Notes: generated by a model from the sequence alone, not told the origin. A stretch of DNA of 64,000 bases from Candidatus Moraniibacteriota bacterium (GCA_041583775.1 JBFHFF010000004.1:2428-66427); one strand, 5' to 3'. Numbered from the stretch's first letter, positions 37,709-48,457 are shown. Numbers and translations are program-made.

Positions 37709-38480
37709 CAAGTATATGCAAAAAAATAAAATCTCAACTCCCAAAGGAAGCTTAGCGATAGTAACTCATTATCCTGAGATGGAAAGTTCCAAGTTGGCCA
37801 TTCTTTGCCCTGGTTTTTTAGATTCGAAAGATTATTTGGGGTTGGTTGGTTTGGCGGAAAATTTGTGTGAACAAGGTTTTGCAGTAGTAAGATTTGATCC
37901 AACTGGAACTTGGGAGAGCGGAGGAACAATATTGGATTATACAATGACGCAATATTTGGAAGATATCAAAAATGTGTTGGAATATATGTTGTCGCGAAAT
38001 AAATATGAAAATATTTTGATTGGTGGACATAGTCGAGGGGGACAGATAGCTATTCTCTATGGTGCACGAGACCCTCGAATTTCTGCTGTGCTAGGAATTA
38101 TGCCTTCACACAGAAAAATTATTGGAGAAGAAAGAGAAAGGTGGGAGAAATCTGGAGAGCGTTTTAGTGAGCGAGATTTACCAGCTAACGAAAATGAATT
38201 TGTGGAATTTTTCACTCCTTTCAGTTATGTTTTGGATTATGATAAATATGATACCTTAAATGATGTGGCAAGAATTACCGTTCCGATTGTTTTGATTGCA
38301 GGAGATTTGGATGATGTTATTGAGCCTAGGGATGTTGAAGAAATTTTTAAAAATGCTAATAGTCCAAAGAATTTCCTTATTATCCCAGGAATAGACCACG
38401 ACTATCGACATAATAGGGAAAATGTTGAATTTGTAAACAGAGAAATTCTCAAACAATTAAAAGCTTTGGGGATAGTTTAA
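37698..38480 (+). CDS. alpha/beta-hydrolase (dienelactone hydrolase / S9-like)
   Basis: Nucleophile elbow LIGGHSRGGQIAI. C-terminal D...H (GIDHDY). Overlaps the upstream gene by 11 nt. Confidence 0.6.
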   Translation: MNNDKYMQKNKISTPKGSLAIVTHYPEMESSKLAILCPGFLDSKDYLGLVGLAENLCEQGFAVVRFDPTGTWESGGTILDYTMTQYLEDIKNVLEYMLSRNKYENILIGGHSRGGQIAILYGARDPRISAVLGIMPSHRKIIGEERERWEKSGERFSERDLPANENEFVEFFTPFSYVLDYDKYDTLNDVARITVPIVLIAGDLDDVIEPRDVEEIFKNANSPKNFLIIPGIDHDYRHNRENVEFVNREILKQLKALGIV

Positions 38481-38729
38481 ATTATATCCCATTTTAAATG
38501 CAATCTTATGGGAATTTCTTGTTTTTTGGAAAGCATCTACAGAAAAAACAAAACCATCAAACAAATTGCAGAAGATTTGGGCTTGCAAAGGGGATGGTCT
38601 TAGAATTTAAAGGGGCTCAAAAAAGTCCTTTTTACTTTACAAAAGCACCATCGCGTGCTTTAATAGTCTAATCGCAAATGTGCGAGAAGAAGAAGTTCTT
38701 ATTATAAATTGGAAACTAGAGGAGGTTTT

Positions 38730-39662
38730 ATGGCACAGCAAGTTATCACAGAAACCAATTTTTCAAAATTGGTTTCTCTAAACAAAGGCAAGGTCCGTGA
38801 TATGTACGGAATTCCTGGTCACGATGACAAATTGCTGATAGTCGCATCGGACCGTATATCGGCATATGATGTAGTTATGTCAGAGGGTATTCCAGGAAAA
38901 GGAGAAAATTTAACACAAATGTCCCTTTTCTGGTTTGGTCTGTTGGGGGAGATCGTTGATAATCACCTAATTACAGCTGATGTCAATGAATATCCCGAGG
39001 CATGCCAACCGTATGCAGATGTTTTGCGTGGCCGGTCAATGCTGGTCAAAAAGGCCAAGCCATTGCCGATTGAATGCATCGTTCGGGGGTATATTTCCGG
39101 GTCTTTCTGGAAAGCTTATCAAAAAGCCCCAGTCAGCAACTGTCGTGAACACAGGTTCAAGAATGTGTTAGGGCACCATGGAATCCCTGCTGACATGCAA
39201 GAATCAGAAAAATTTCACAGGCCGCTGTTCACGCCATCAACCAAGGCAGAAATTGGTGGTCATGACGAAAACATCTCGCTTGAACAGACAAGTGAGATTA
39301 TTGGCGCAGAAAGAACACAAGAAATTGCCGAGATTTGCCTCAATCTATATTCAACGGCCGCTGATTATGCTCGCTCAAGGGGCATTATCATCGCTGATAC
39401 CAAATTCGAATTGGGTGAGGTCGATGGTCGATTGATTTTGATCGATGAGGTTCTGACGCCAGATTCATCTCGTTTCTGGCCCTTTACCGAATATAGGTTG
39501 GGCAAAAGTCAACCAAGTTTCGACAAGCAACCTTTAAGAGATTATCTGGCGAATTTGGAGGGCTGGGATAAAAATCCCCCACCGCCACCCTTGCCAAAGG
39601 AAATTATAATGGCAACCAGGGAAAACTACGAGGAAGCCAGGATGCGTTTAATTGTGTCTTGA
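38730..39662 (+). CDS. purC: phosphoribosylaminoimidazole-succinocarboxamide synthase (SAICAR synthetase)
   Basis: DRISAYDVVM, ADTKFELG, LIDEVLTPDSSRFW. RBS gaggagg 5 nt upstream of ATG 38730. Confidence 0.85.
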   Translation: MAQQVITETNFSKLVSLNKGKVRDMYGIPGHDDKLLIVASDRISAYDVVMSEGIPGKGENLTQMSLFWFGLLGEIVDNHLITADVNEYPEACQPYADVLRGRSMLVKKAKPLPIECIVRGYISGSFWKAYQKAPVSNCREHRFKNVLGHHGIPADMQESEKFHRPLFTPSTKAEIGGHDENISLEQTSEIIGAERTQEIAEICLNLYSTAADYARSRGIIIADTKFELGEVDGRLILIDEVLTPDSSRFWPFTEYRLGKSQPSFDKQPLRDYLANLEGWDKNPPPPPLPKEIIMATRENYEEARMRLIVS

Positions 39663-39794
39663 GCTCTAAAATAACAATCGAGACTCACCGTCGAAGCATA
39701 TTCGGCAGTGAGTCTTTTTATTACAACTAACTTTACGAAAAGCAATCCATCCCGTAAAATAAAGATAGAATTACACACTAATAGCTCAAAAAAC

Positions 39795-40064
39795 ATGAAG
39801 GAAGAACAAGTAAAAATACCCCAACCAAACAATCCTTTACATGGAGTCAAACTCAAAGATATGCTTGAAGAGTTGCGTGCTGAGCATAGCTGGGAAGAAC
39901 TATATGAAATGGTGAAAATTAATTGTTTTTTCAAAAATCCCAGCATAAAATCTAGTCTCACATTCCTGCGCAAAACTCCTTGGGCTCGTTTGAAGGTAGA
40001 AGAGCTATATCTTGACTTGTTATATTATCGGGAAAGAGAAAAAAACAATCATAAAAGTAATTAA
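39795..40064 (+). CDS. DUF2132 (VF530-like) small protein
   Basis: [59 protein letters not shown] fits the DUF2132 conserved pattern. Confidence 0.55.
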   Translation: MKEEQVKIPQPNNPLHGVKLKDMLEELRAEHSWEELYEMVKINCFFKNPSIKSSLTFLRKTPWARLKVEELYLDLLYYREREKNNHKSN

Positions 40065-40108
40065 GTTAAAACAAAAAATAAACACCCGAATATTTATTAG
40101 TTAAAATA

Positions 40109-40888
40109 ATGAATTATACTACAAAGATTCAAAGGGCAATTAAATTTGCAATTAAAACTCATGAGGTTTACCAAAAGCAAATCAGGAAAGGGAAAGAGAT
40201 TGCCTATATAACACATCCTTTAACAGTGGGGATTATTTTGGCAAACGCTTCGGCTAACGAAGATGTGATTGTTGCTGGAATATTACACGATACAATTGAA
40301 GATAGCGTTCAAGAAAAGAAGGTGACGAAGGAAATGATATCCAAAAGGTTCGGCGAAAATGTGATGCAATTAGTCTTGAGTGTAACTGAGCAAAATAGAG
40401 AGTTTTCTTGGGAAGAAAGAAAAAAAGAGGCATTGGAGCACATCAAGGATTTCAATAACGACTCATTGCTCGTTAAATCAGCCGATGTTGTTAGTAATGT
40501 TTCAGAGCTCATTGATGATTATAAAAGAGATGGTGAACAAGTTTTTCTTCGCTTTCATGCTTCAAAAGAAAAAACCATCAAACAACAATTGAAGGTTATT
40601 AATGCTATTTTGAAACGATGGGATGAAAATCCACTGACAGGTAATTTGGTTTTTCTAGCAAAGAATTTATTGGAGATTAGAGAAACTGAAGTTGTTCCTG
40701 AGAATCGAGTGAAGGTTATGGAATATCAAGATTATGACGAGAATATAAAAATTCAATGTCCTTTATGTAATTGGAGGGGCACACCAAAAAATGGCGCTGA
40801 CATTGAAAGTCATGAAATTTTGTTTGATGTCTATTGTCCTGTTTGCGGGAAAATGCTTTTGATTGTTAATTCTCCATCAACAAAATAA
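40109..40888 (+). CDS. HD-domain hydrolase of the RelA/SpoT (p)ppGpp-hydrolase type with C-terminal Zn-ribbon
   Basis: YITHPLTVGIILANASANEDVIVAGILHDTIEDS matches the RSH hydrolase HD motif. C-terminal CPLCNWRG...CPVCGKM. Confidence 0.65.
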   Translation: MNYTTKIQRAIKFAIKTHEVYQKQIRKGKEIAYITHPLTVGIILANASANEDVIVAGILHDTIEDSVQEKKVTKEMISKRFGENVMQLVLSVTEQNREFSWEERKKEALEHIKDFNNDSLLVKSADVVSNVSELIDDYKRDGEQVFLRFHASKEKTIKQQLKVINAILKRWDENPLTGNLVFLAKNLLEIRETEVVPENRVKVMEYQDYDENIKIQCPLCNWRGTPKNGADIESHEILFDVYCPVCGKMLLIVNSPSTK

Positions 40889-41010
40889 CAAAATTTTTCT
40901 TGAGATATAAAAAATGGCTCGGGGAAAAGAGAGTGTGTTATAATGAAATTGTTTAATGCGATTAAGATTATCACGAAAATAAGAAGGGGTGATGATGGAA
41001 AAATAAAAAA

Positions 41011-41862
41011 ATGGAAAAAATAAATTATAGAAAACTGTTTGCCGAAGCGGTGAGAGATGGAGCAGAAGAATTTAAACCAGGTGAAAGAAAACCACAAGAA
41101 TTGTTAAAAGAGGAGATTTTCAAGGGAAGTATAGTGGAGGGGAGATATAAGAAGGTTGTGGCAGGAACAAAGTTGCTAATGGAGATTCTTCCAAGAGTGA
41201 TTTCAGATAAAATCAAAAATAACCTTGATCATAGAGATTATGACAAGTTGCCTTTTTCTTTTGATCAATACGAGCTTCAAGAAAAAATTGGGAAAGGAGT
41301 GGCTTCAAAAGTTCATTTGTTACAAGCTAAGGAGTCATCAGAGCCTAGTTATGTTGTGAAAATTAATTATGCTCAAGGTGGCAGTGTCGATGAATTACAA
41401 AGAAAGGCACAGGCACAGCACGAAGAATATGAAAATGTTAGCAATATATATAAAGACATAGAAGGTTTCATTTTGCCGGAGCAATCGATAATTACAACAG
41501 ACAAAAAGAACGGTGAGCCAGTAATTGCGACGATTCAAGAATATGCAGGACAAAATATGCGTGATTTTTTTTCTGAAATTGAAAAAAAGGAACTTGAAAG
41601 AATGCTTGAGAAAAATGAAAATTTTAGAACAGAGTTTATTAAATTTGCAGACATTACCTTAAAGTTGTTTCAAGAAAAAGGTGAGGTAGTTGATTTGTTG
41701 GGTGATAAAAATCTTTCTGTAGTAGAAGTAAAAGGGGAGCCACATTTAAAATTTATTGATCCTCATGATATCTCCGTAACATCTTGTGATGATGCGGAAA
41801 GGGTGCGGAATCTTCAAAAAAAACTCGATTATATTAGGAAAATCAGAGAAGAAATTAAATAA
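41011..41862 (+). CDS. atypical protein-kinase-fold protein (RIO/Bud32-like)
   Basis: G-loop-like IGKGVASKV. Lys strand YVVKI. Catalytic-loop-like DLLGDKNLSV. Metal-binding-like IDPHD. Inference. Confidence 0.4.
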   Translation: MEKINYRKLFAEAVRDGAEEFKPGERKPQELLKEEIFKGSIVEGRYKKVVAGTKLLMEILPRVISDKIKNNLDHRDYDKLPFSFDQYELQEKIGKGVASKVHLLQAKESSEPSYVVKINYAQGGSVDELQRKAQAQHEEYENVSNIYKDIEGFILPEQSIITTDKKNGEPVIATIQEYAGQNMRDFFSEIEKKELERMLEKNENFRTEFIKFADITLKLFQEKGEVVDLLGDKNLSVVEVKGEPHLKFIDPHDISVTSCDDAERVRNLQKKLDYIRKIREEIK

Positions 41863-41914
41863 ATAAAAAATGTTTTAGAGTCACTTTTATGTTTGATTTT
41901 AGCTAAATAAAACT

Positions 41915-42577
41915 ATGGCGAATTTTAGAACTCATATCAGTTTCGGAGCTCTGCTTGGCACAGCACTTGTTATTGCTGGGTTAATTTATTCATTTTTTTC
42001 ATCTACGGAGGTGATGATTTGGATTTTTCTTGCAGTTTTGATTGGATCTTTCTTGCCAGATCTTGATATGGACGAAGGAATTCCTTTTCAGATTTTATTT
42101 GGTCTTTTCGGGGTGGGAATAGGAGGTTTGGCCTTTTTTATTTTATATGAAAATGAAGTTAGGGATTCAGTGATTCTTATTTTGACACCAGTAGTTGCTT
42201 TTATGGGGATGCGTTTTGGAATTGGTTATATTTTCGAGAAACTTACGGATCATCGTGGGATATTCCATTCAATTCCAGCAGCAATTCTTTTCGGATTGCT
42301 CACGGTTTGGCTCTTGAATTTTTTCTCAATTTTCATTTCTCAAAAATTAATTCTGGGTCTGGCCATAACAGTTGGCTACTTAGGGCACTTAGTTCTGGAT
42401 GAAATCTATTCTTCTGTAAACTTAAATGGTCGTTCACTCCTGCCAAAGCAATCATTGGGTAGTGCTCTTAAGCTTTATTCTTCTTCAAAAATAGCTACTT
42501 TTATATTTTATGCTTTGATTTTTATCTTTGCGATGAAAATTCCGGAAATAAAAGACTTCTTAGAAGGGCTCTACTAA
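41915..42577 (+). CDS. DUF457 (YdjM-like) membrane-bound metal-dependent hydrolase
   Basis: MANFRTHISFGALLGTAL N-terminus. Multiple TM helices. Conserved His/Asp positions. Confidence 0.55.
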   Translation: MANFRTHISFGALLGTALVIAGLIYSFFSSTEVMIWIFLAVLIGSFLPDLDMDEGIPFQILFGLFGVGIGGLAFFILYENEVRDSVILILTPVVAFMGMRFGIGYIFEKLTDHRGIFHSIPAAILFGLLTVWLLNFFSIFISQKLILGLAITVGYLGHLVLDEIYSSVNLNGRSLLPKQSLGSALKLYSSSKIATFIFYALIFIFAMKIPEIKDFLEGLY

Positions 42578-42596
42578 CACAATAAATAAAACAAAA

Positions 42597-43253
42597 ATGA
42601 AGAAACAATATATATTTTTCACTGCACTGACAAGTCTTCTTTTGGGCATTTTTGTTTCTGTTACGATTTGGATTTTTGCAATGACAGCTGGTGCACAACA
42701 AAAAGGCGTGAGTTCTTTTTGTCGAAGTAGAGTTCAAACGCAAGAAAGTGCCAAAGAAATGGAGTCGGGAGAGATTTCGGCGATAGAAAATTCTGAGATG
42801 GAAGACTCAAAAAATTCAAAGGAGTCAGAGAATTTATATCCCGTGGTGCATGTTTTCGATGGAGACACCTTCTCAATTGATATTGATGGAGAAATAAAAA
42901 GGGTCCGCTTGATTGGAATAAATACCCCAGAGACCAGTGAGAAATATCGCTCAGTTGAATGTTTTGGTAAGGAGGCGACAGAAAGAGCAGTTGAACTTTT
43001 AGGAGGTAAACAAGTTAGGTTAGAAGAAGATTCAACACAAGCCAATATCGATGCACATGGTCGAATTTTGAGATATGTTTTTTTGGAGGACGGGAGGTTG
43101 TTAAACCAATTAATGATTGAAGAAGGTTTTGGAAAAGAGTATACTTTTAAAGGATCTGAGTATAAATATCAAAAAGAATTTCGCCAAGCAGAAAATAAAG
43201 CAAAGGAAGAGTCTAAAGGTTTATGGGATAAATGCAGTGTAGCTAAAAAATAA
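42597..43253 (+). CDS. membrane-anchored thermonuclease (staphylococcal nuclease homolog)
   Basis: VFDGDTFSIDIDGEIKRVRLIGINTPE...ECFGKEATE...DAHGRILRYVF: SNase catalytic residues in place. Confidence 0.8.
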   Translation: MKKQYIFFTALTSLLLGIFVSVTIWIFAMTAGAQQKGVSSFCRSRVQTQESAKEMESGEISAIENSEMEDSKNSKESENLYPVVHVFDGDTFSIDIDGEIKRVRLIGINTPETSEKYRSVECFGKEATERAVELLGGKQVRLEEDSTQANIDAHGRILRYVFLEDGRLLNQLMIEEGFGKEYTFKGSEYKYQKEFRQAENKAKEESKGLWDKCSVAKK

Positions 43254-43262
43254 AAAAAGAAG

Positions 43263-43625
43263 ATGCAAACAAAAATAAAAAAGAAAATCTATCTTGCCCT
43301 CACAATAACGCTTATTTTTCTTTTGGGGTTCATTCTGTATGCGATGATTGAAGCTGCTTATATTAAAGAAGTTGTTTCGATAGGGGGTTCAACGGTCACT
43401 GTTTGTTATTTTGGATTTTTATGGAAAGAACTTCCATTTTGGTTGAGATTATTTTGGATTTTTGTTGCAATTGTTGATGGTTATTTTCTTGGTCAATATT
43501 GGTGGCGAATTGTTTATGTGGAAAAACGACATTGGAGTTTTCATAAAAATAAAGTCACCACAAAAAAGAAGAGGGTTGTTAAATCAAAACAAAAGAAGCA
43601 CAAAGATGCTAAGTTGGTGAAATAG
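43263..43625 (+). CDS. small membrane protein, paralog of 50000..50293
   Basis: WWRIVYVEKRHWSFHK vs WWHTIYVEKKVWRFGF. Confidence 0.45.
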   Translation: MQTKIKKKIYLALTITLIFLLGFILYAMIEAAYIKEVVSIGGSTVTVCYFGFLWKELPFWLRLFWIFVAIVDGYFLGQYWWRIVYVEKRHWSFHKNKVTTKKKRVVKSKQKKHKDAKLVK

Positions 43626-43988
43626 TTTAATGATAAAAAGACCTATATAAAAAACTACCAAGAAATGGTAGTTTTTTATATTTGACATTCAATAAAGGTG
43701 ATTTAGAATAAAAATAGATAAGATGCCTACCGGGTAGGTAGGATTGCCTAAATAAGCTTAATGAGCAAAAAATGACGGTGTAGAAAAAACAACCATTGCA
43801 CTGAAGAAGGCATCGACTCTTTCGCTCAGGGTTATAAAGATGGTTGAGGACAAAACATTTAAAAAATTGTTTTGTCAATGCAACGAAAGACACAAATGAA
43901 AAAGTGAAAAGAAGAATGATTGAAGAATTTTTACGAATTGAAAAGCTAATAAAAAAGTCTTCTATATAAGGTTAGCTAAACCAAAAAG

Positions 43989-46169
43989 ATGACGAGAAAA
44001 ACTGTTACAATTAAAATTTCAGGGATGACTTGTGCTAGTTGTGCAATCAATAATGAAAAAGCTCTTTTGGAAACAACAGGTATTTTTAGGGCGAATGTTA
44101 ACTTTGCAAACAAAAAAGCAACCGTAGAATTCGATAGTGATATTCTGAGTGAAAGTGATTTACATAAAGTTATTGTTGAAAACGGCTATAAAGTTGAGGA
44201 AAAGGAGGAGGTGCACAATTACGAGCATCACCACGAAACGGGAGATGCAGAAAAAAGCAAAAGAGATTTTATTAGTGCTTTAGTTATTAGTATTCCATTA
44301 CTTTTGGAGATGTTCCTGAAATTACGCACGGGTATTTTGATATTTGGAATTGATTTGGTAATGTGGCTACACCTTTTATTGTCAGCGGTTGTAGTTTTCC
44401 ATTTTGGTGCTCGTTTTCATCATATGGCTTTTTTGCAGGCAAAAAAATTTCAGACCAATATGGATACTTTGATTTCAATGGGAACTTTGGTGGCATTTTT
44501 CTATAGTGTTTGGGCTGTTTTTAACGGAAAGCCAGTGTATTTTGAGACCTCTGCCATTATTATAGTCTTAATTATTCTGGGAAAATATTTTGAAGAAAAA
44601 AGTTTGGGAAGGGCGAGTGAAGCAATGCAGAAATTGATGGAGTTGAGTGTGAAAAAAGCTCATATTTTTGTGGATGGAAAAGAGAAAGAGGTGGAAATTG
44701 AAAGAGTCGCCAAGGGCGATGTGCTTGTGGTGCGTCCTGGTGAAAAAATTCCCTTGGACGGAGTTGTGATTGAAGGAAGCTCAAGTGTGAATGAATCTAT
44801 GTTAACAGGAGAGTCATTGCCAGTAGAAAAAAACATTGGAATAAAAGTCTTTGGGGCAACTTTGAATGAAGATGGCGTTTTGAAAATCAAAGTGACAGAA
44901 ATTGGTGAAGGAACAGTTCTCTCTCAAATTATCAAAACAGTAGCAGAGGCACAGGGTTCAAAGGCGGAAATTCAAAAACTTGCAGATAAAGTTTCAGGGA
45001 TTTTTGTGCCTTTGGTGTTGGCAATTTTTGTATTAACATTTTTGGGATGGTTACTAATATCACAAAATTTTTCTTTGGCAATTATTAATGCTGTTGCGGT
45101 TTTGGTGATTGCTTGTCCTTGTGCACTTGGACTTGCAACCCCAACGGCAATTATGGTAGGAACAGACAAAGGCGCAAAACGAGGAATTCTATTCAAAAAT
45201 TCTGAAAGTTTTGAACGAGCAAAGGACATCTCAATGGTGGTGTTTGATAAGACCGGAACTTTAACTAAAGGCACTCCAAAGATGGAGAGAATTTTAATTG
45301 AACCAACAGTTGGTTTTGACGAAGAAAATGTTTTGAAAATAGCAGCTTCGATTGCGGCCAATTCAAAACATCCCCTTTCAAGTGCTGTAAGTGCTTTTGC
45401 CAAAGAAAAGAAAATTGATTTGCAAAAGTTGAAAAAGATTAAAGAAGAAAAAGGAAAGGGTATTGTTGGTTATTGCTCCACACACCAAAAGAAAGTGATG
45501 TTGGGAAATTTCAAGTTGCTCAAGGAAAATGGACTTGCCACAAAATGGGCCGAGGAAATTTTGTCTGATGATAGAATCCAAGAAGGCACAAGACTATTTG
45601 TTGCCTATGACGATTTGGTAATTGGTGTGCTTATCGTTGCCGATGAAGTTCGAATAGAATCTAAAGAGGTTGTTTCGAAATTACTTGCTATGGGACTTAA
45701 AGTTGTGATGATATCGGGTGACAATATTAAGACCGCAAAAGCTGTTGCAAATCGTTTGGGAATTGAAAATGTGTTGGGCGATGTCTTGCCAAAAAGCAAA
45801 GCGGATGAAGTTGCAAGATTTCAAGCAAATGGCGAGAAGGTTGTCTTTGTGGGTGATGGGATTAATGACGCTCCAAGTTTAATCCAAGCAGATCTTGGAA
45901 TCGCAATGGGGGGTGCATCCGACATCGCAAAAGAGGCCGGGCAGATTGTATTGATACAGAGCAACTTGAACCTCGTTGTTGAGGCAATTTTGATTTCAAA
46001 AACAACTTTCAAGACCATCAAACAAAATCTTTTCTGGGCTTTTGCTTATAATGTTATTGCTATTCCACTTGCGATGGCAGGATTCTTGAGTCCAATGATT
46101 GCAGCAGCTGCAATGTCATTTAGTTCGGTTTCAGTGGTGACGAACAGTCTCCGGATTTATCGAAAATAG
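43989..46169 (+). CDS. copA: Cu+-exporting P1B-type ATPase
   Basis: [30 protein letters not shown]. Confidence 0.9.
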   Translation: MTRKTVTIKISGMTCASCAINNEKALLETTGIFRANVNFANKKATVEFDSDILSESDLHKVIVENGYKVEEKEEVHNYEHHHETGDAEKSKRDFISALVISIPLLLEMFLKLRTGILIFGIDLVMWLHLLLSAVVVFHFGARFHHMAFLQAKKFQTNMDTLISMGTLVAFFYSVWAVFNGKPVYFETSAIIIVLIILGKYFEEKSLGRASEAMQKLMELSVKKAHIFVDGKEKEVEIERVAKGDVLVVRPGEKIPLDGVVIEGSSSVNESMLTGESLPVEKNIGIKVFGATLNEDGVLKIKVTEIGEGTVLSQIIKTVAEAQGSKAEIQKLADKVSGIFVPLVLAIFVLTFLGWLLISQNFSLAIINAVAVLVIACPCALGLATPTAIMVGTDKGAKRGILFKNSESFERAKDISMVVFDKTGTLTKGTPKMERILIEPTVGFDEENVLKIAASIAANSKHPLSSAVSAFAKEKKIDLQKLKKIKEEKGKGIVGYCSTHQKKVMLGNFKLLKENGLATKWAEEILSDDRIQEGTRLFVAYDDLVIGVLIVADEVRIESKEVVSKLLAMGLKVVMISGDNIKTAKAVANRLGIENVLGDVLPKSKADEVARFQANGEKVVFVGDGINDAPSLIQADLGIAMGGASDIAKEAGQIVLIQSNLNLVVEAILISKTTFKTIKQNLFWAFAYNVIAIPLAMAGFLSPMIAAAAMSFSSVSVVTNSLRIYRK

Positions 46170-46193
46170 AAAAAGATTCTTAATTTTCTTTGT

Positions 46194-46220
46194 TGTCATT
46201 CCTGTGAAAACAGGAATCCA
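46194..46220. repeat. palindromic element copy C (gtcattcctg-tgaaaa-caggaatccag), 25 nt after the copA stop
   Basis: Shares the GTCATTCC / CAGGAAT arms with copies A and B. Confidence 0.65.
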
Positions 46221-46375
46221 GATTTGCATTGCTTCTTGTGATTTAAATTTGTACTAGTGCGGTTTTTTAATCTGGTTCAAAGTTTGTGGTTTAGATTTCC
46301 TCCTTCTCCTCTTCCTTAAAAAACAATTACATGCTTTAATTTATATGTTTAGTCAATTATTTTTATATTCTATTT

Positions 46376-47404
46376 ATGGATGTCAGAAAGTTGGAAGATT
46401 TTTTAAAGAAAGAGGGCGAACCGGCGTTTCGTTTCAAACAAATTTGCAAGGGAATCTTCAGTGATGTGAAATTTTCATTTTCAGATATTTCAACAATCTC
46501 AAAGATTTTGCGGGAAAAATTAGACAATGAAATTCCCATACTTCCTTTTTCACCAAGTGAAATTTTGGTTTCTAGAGATAGAAATACAATAAAGGCACTT
46601 TTAAAATTAGAGGACGGGAATCTAATTGAAACAGTTTTGCTTTCTCCTAGGGAAGGGAATTGGTCAGCATGCATTTCCTCACAAGTTGGTTGTGCACTGA
46701 ACTGCGCTTTTTGTGCTACGGGTAGGGCTGGTTTCAAGAGGGATCTTTCTAGTGATGAAATTACCAGCCAAGTTTTGTTTTGGAGACAATATCTTTCGAA
46801 AAATAATATCAATGGTCAGTTTTCAAATATAGTTTATATGGGAATGGGGGAGCCGTTTTTGAATTGGAAAAGCGTGAAAGAAAGTTTGGAAATTCTGATT
46901 GATGAAAAATTTTTCAACTTTGCAAGCAGGAATATTGCAGTTTCAACGGTTGGGGTTGTTGAGGGAATGGAAAAATTTGCAAAAGATTTCCCACAAGTTA
47001 ATTTGGCAATTTCTTTGCATTTTGCTGAAGATAAGAAGAGGGAACAGTATATGCCAATTAATAAAAGATATGGACTAAGTGATTTGCGCGACTTTTTGCG
47101 AAAATATTTTCAAGAAAACAGTCGAAAAGTTTTTATCGAATATATTCTTTTAGATGGTATAAATGACAAAAAAGAAGATGCTTTGAAATTGGCTGTGTTT
47201 TTGAAATCAATTGGTAAGATGCAAATGTTGCATGTAAATTTGATTAGATATAACTCAATTGGAGAGAAGTTGACATCTTCTTCAAAAGAAACAGCAAGGA
47301 AATTCAAGGAAACTTTGGAGGCCGAGAGGGTTCACGCTACGATTAGAAAAAGTATGGGGGAAGATATCCAGGGTGCTTGTGGGCAATTGGCCGGGAAACA
47401 TTAA
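46376..47404 (+). CDS. rlmN: radical-SAM 23S rRNA/tRNA adenine C2-methyltransferase
   Basis: CALNCAFCATG radical-SAM cluster. RlmN/Cfr architecture. Confidence 0.85.
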   Translation: MDVRKLEDFLKKEGEPAFRFKQICKGIFSDVKFSFSDISTISKILREKLDNEIPILPFSPSEILVSRDRNTIKALLKLEDGNLIETVLLSPREGNWSACISSQVGCALNCAFCATGRAGFKRDLSSDEITSQVLFWRQYLSKNNINGQFSNIVYMGMGEPFLNWKSVKESLEILIDEKFFNFASRNIAVSTVGVVEGMEKFAKDFPQVNLAISLHFAEDKKREQYMPINKRYGLSDLRDFLRKYFQENSRKVFIEYILLDGINDKKEDALKLAVFLKSIGKMQMLHVNLIRYNSIGEKLTSSSKETARKFKETLEAERVHATIRKSMGEDIQGACGQLAGKH

Positions 47405-47416
47405 AATAACAAAAAT

Positions 47417-48457
47417 ATGCAAAAAATTCTAGTAACAGGTGGGACTGGTTATATTGGTTCACACACCACTGTTGAGCTTATTAATGCAGGATTCGATGTG
47501 ATTATTATCGATAACCTCTCAAACTCAAATAAAGATATGCTTTGGGGCATCAAAGAGATTACGGGAAAAGAGGTGGGATTCGAAGAGTTTGATCTTTGTG
47601 ATAGGGGAAAATTGCAAGATTTCTTTTCTCGGCACCAAGACATTTCCGCAATGATTCATTTTGCTGCTTTTAAGGCAGTAGGTGAGTCAATTAAAAAGCC
47701 CTTGAAATATTATCGCAATAATCTAAATTCACTTTTAAATTTGATGGAGTTGGCAAAAGAAAACAAAATTAGTAATTTAGTTTTTTCATCTTCAGCAACT
47801 GTATATGGCGATGCCGACGAACTTCCATTAACAGAAAATTCCCCACTAAAAAAAGCGAATTGCCCCTATGGTGAAACAAAACAAATTTGTGAAGATATGA
47901 TTAGAGCTTTGTCGAAAAGTGATGAAGATTTTTGCGCAATTGTGTTGCGATATTTCAATCCAGTTGGAGCTCATAAATCAGCACTTATTGGTGAGTTACC
48001 TCTTGGTGTTCCAGCAAATCTAATTCCTTTCGTGACTCAAACTGGAATTGGCTTGCGAGAAGAATTAAAAGTTTTTGGTGGTGATTATAACACACCAGAT
48101 AGAACCTGTGTCCGTGACTATATTCATATTGTTGATTTGGCGAAAGCTCATGTCAAATCTATTCAAAGAATGCTAGAAAACAAAAAGAGTGGAGTTGAAG
48201 TTTTCAATTTAGGGACTGGGAAGGGAAATTCGGTTCTAGAGGTAATTAAATCTTTTGAGCGCGTAAGTGGTCAAAAGTTGCCATATCAAATCGTAGAGCG
48301 CAGAAATGGAGATGTGGAAACCTCCTTTGCGGGCACAGAACTTGCCAATAAAGTTTTGGGATGGAAGGCGGAAAGAAATTTAGATGACGCAATCAGAGAT
48401 GCTTGGGAGTGGGAAAAGGCACTTAAAGAAAAAAGAGAGAAGCTTGGTATGCTATAA
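47417..48457 (+). CDS. galE: UDP-glucose 4-epimerase
   Basis: ILVTGGTGYIGSH Rossmann. YGETK catalytic. SDR-extended. Confidence 0.85.
   Translation: MQKILVTGGTGYIGSHTTVELINAGFDVIIIDNLSNSNKDMLWGIKEITGKEVGFEEFDLCDRGKLQDFFSRHQDISAMIHFAAFKAVGESIKKPLKYYRNNLNSLLNLMELAKENKISNLVFSSSATVYGDADELPLTENSPLKKANCPYGETKQICEDMIRALSKSDEDFCAIVLRYFNPVGAHKSALIGELPLGVPANLIPFVTQTGIGLREELKVFGGDYNTPDRTCVRDYIHIVDLAKAHVKSIQRMLENKKSGVEVFNLGTGKGNSVLEVIKSFERVSGQKLPYQIVERRNGDVETSFAGTELANKVLGWKAERNLDDAIRDAWEWEKALKEKREKLGML

Noticed and set aside
43627-43893. 88-aa - strand ORF in the copA upstream spacer
   Set aside because: Cys/Phe/Leu-rich translation of AT-rich DNA with no RBS and no homology cue. The region looks like a promoter or operator leader for copA.
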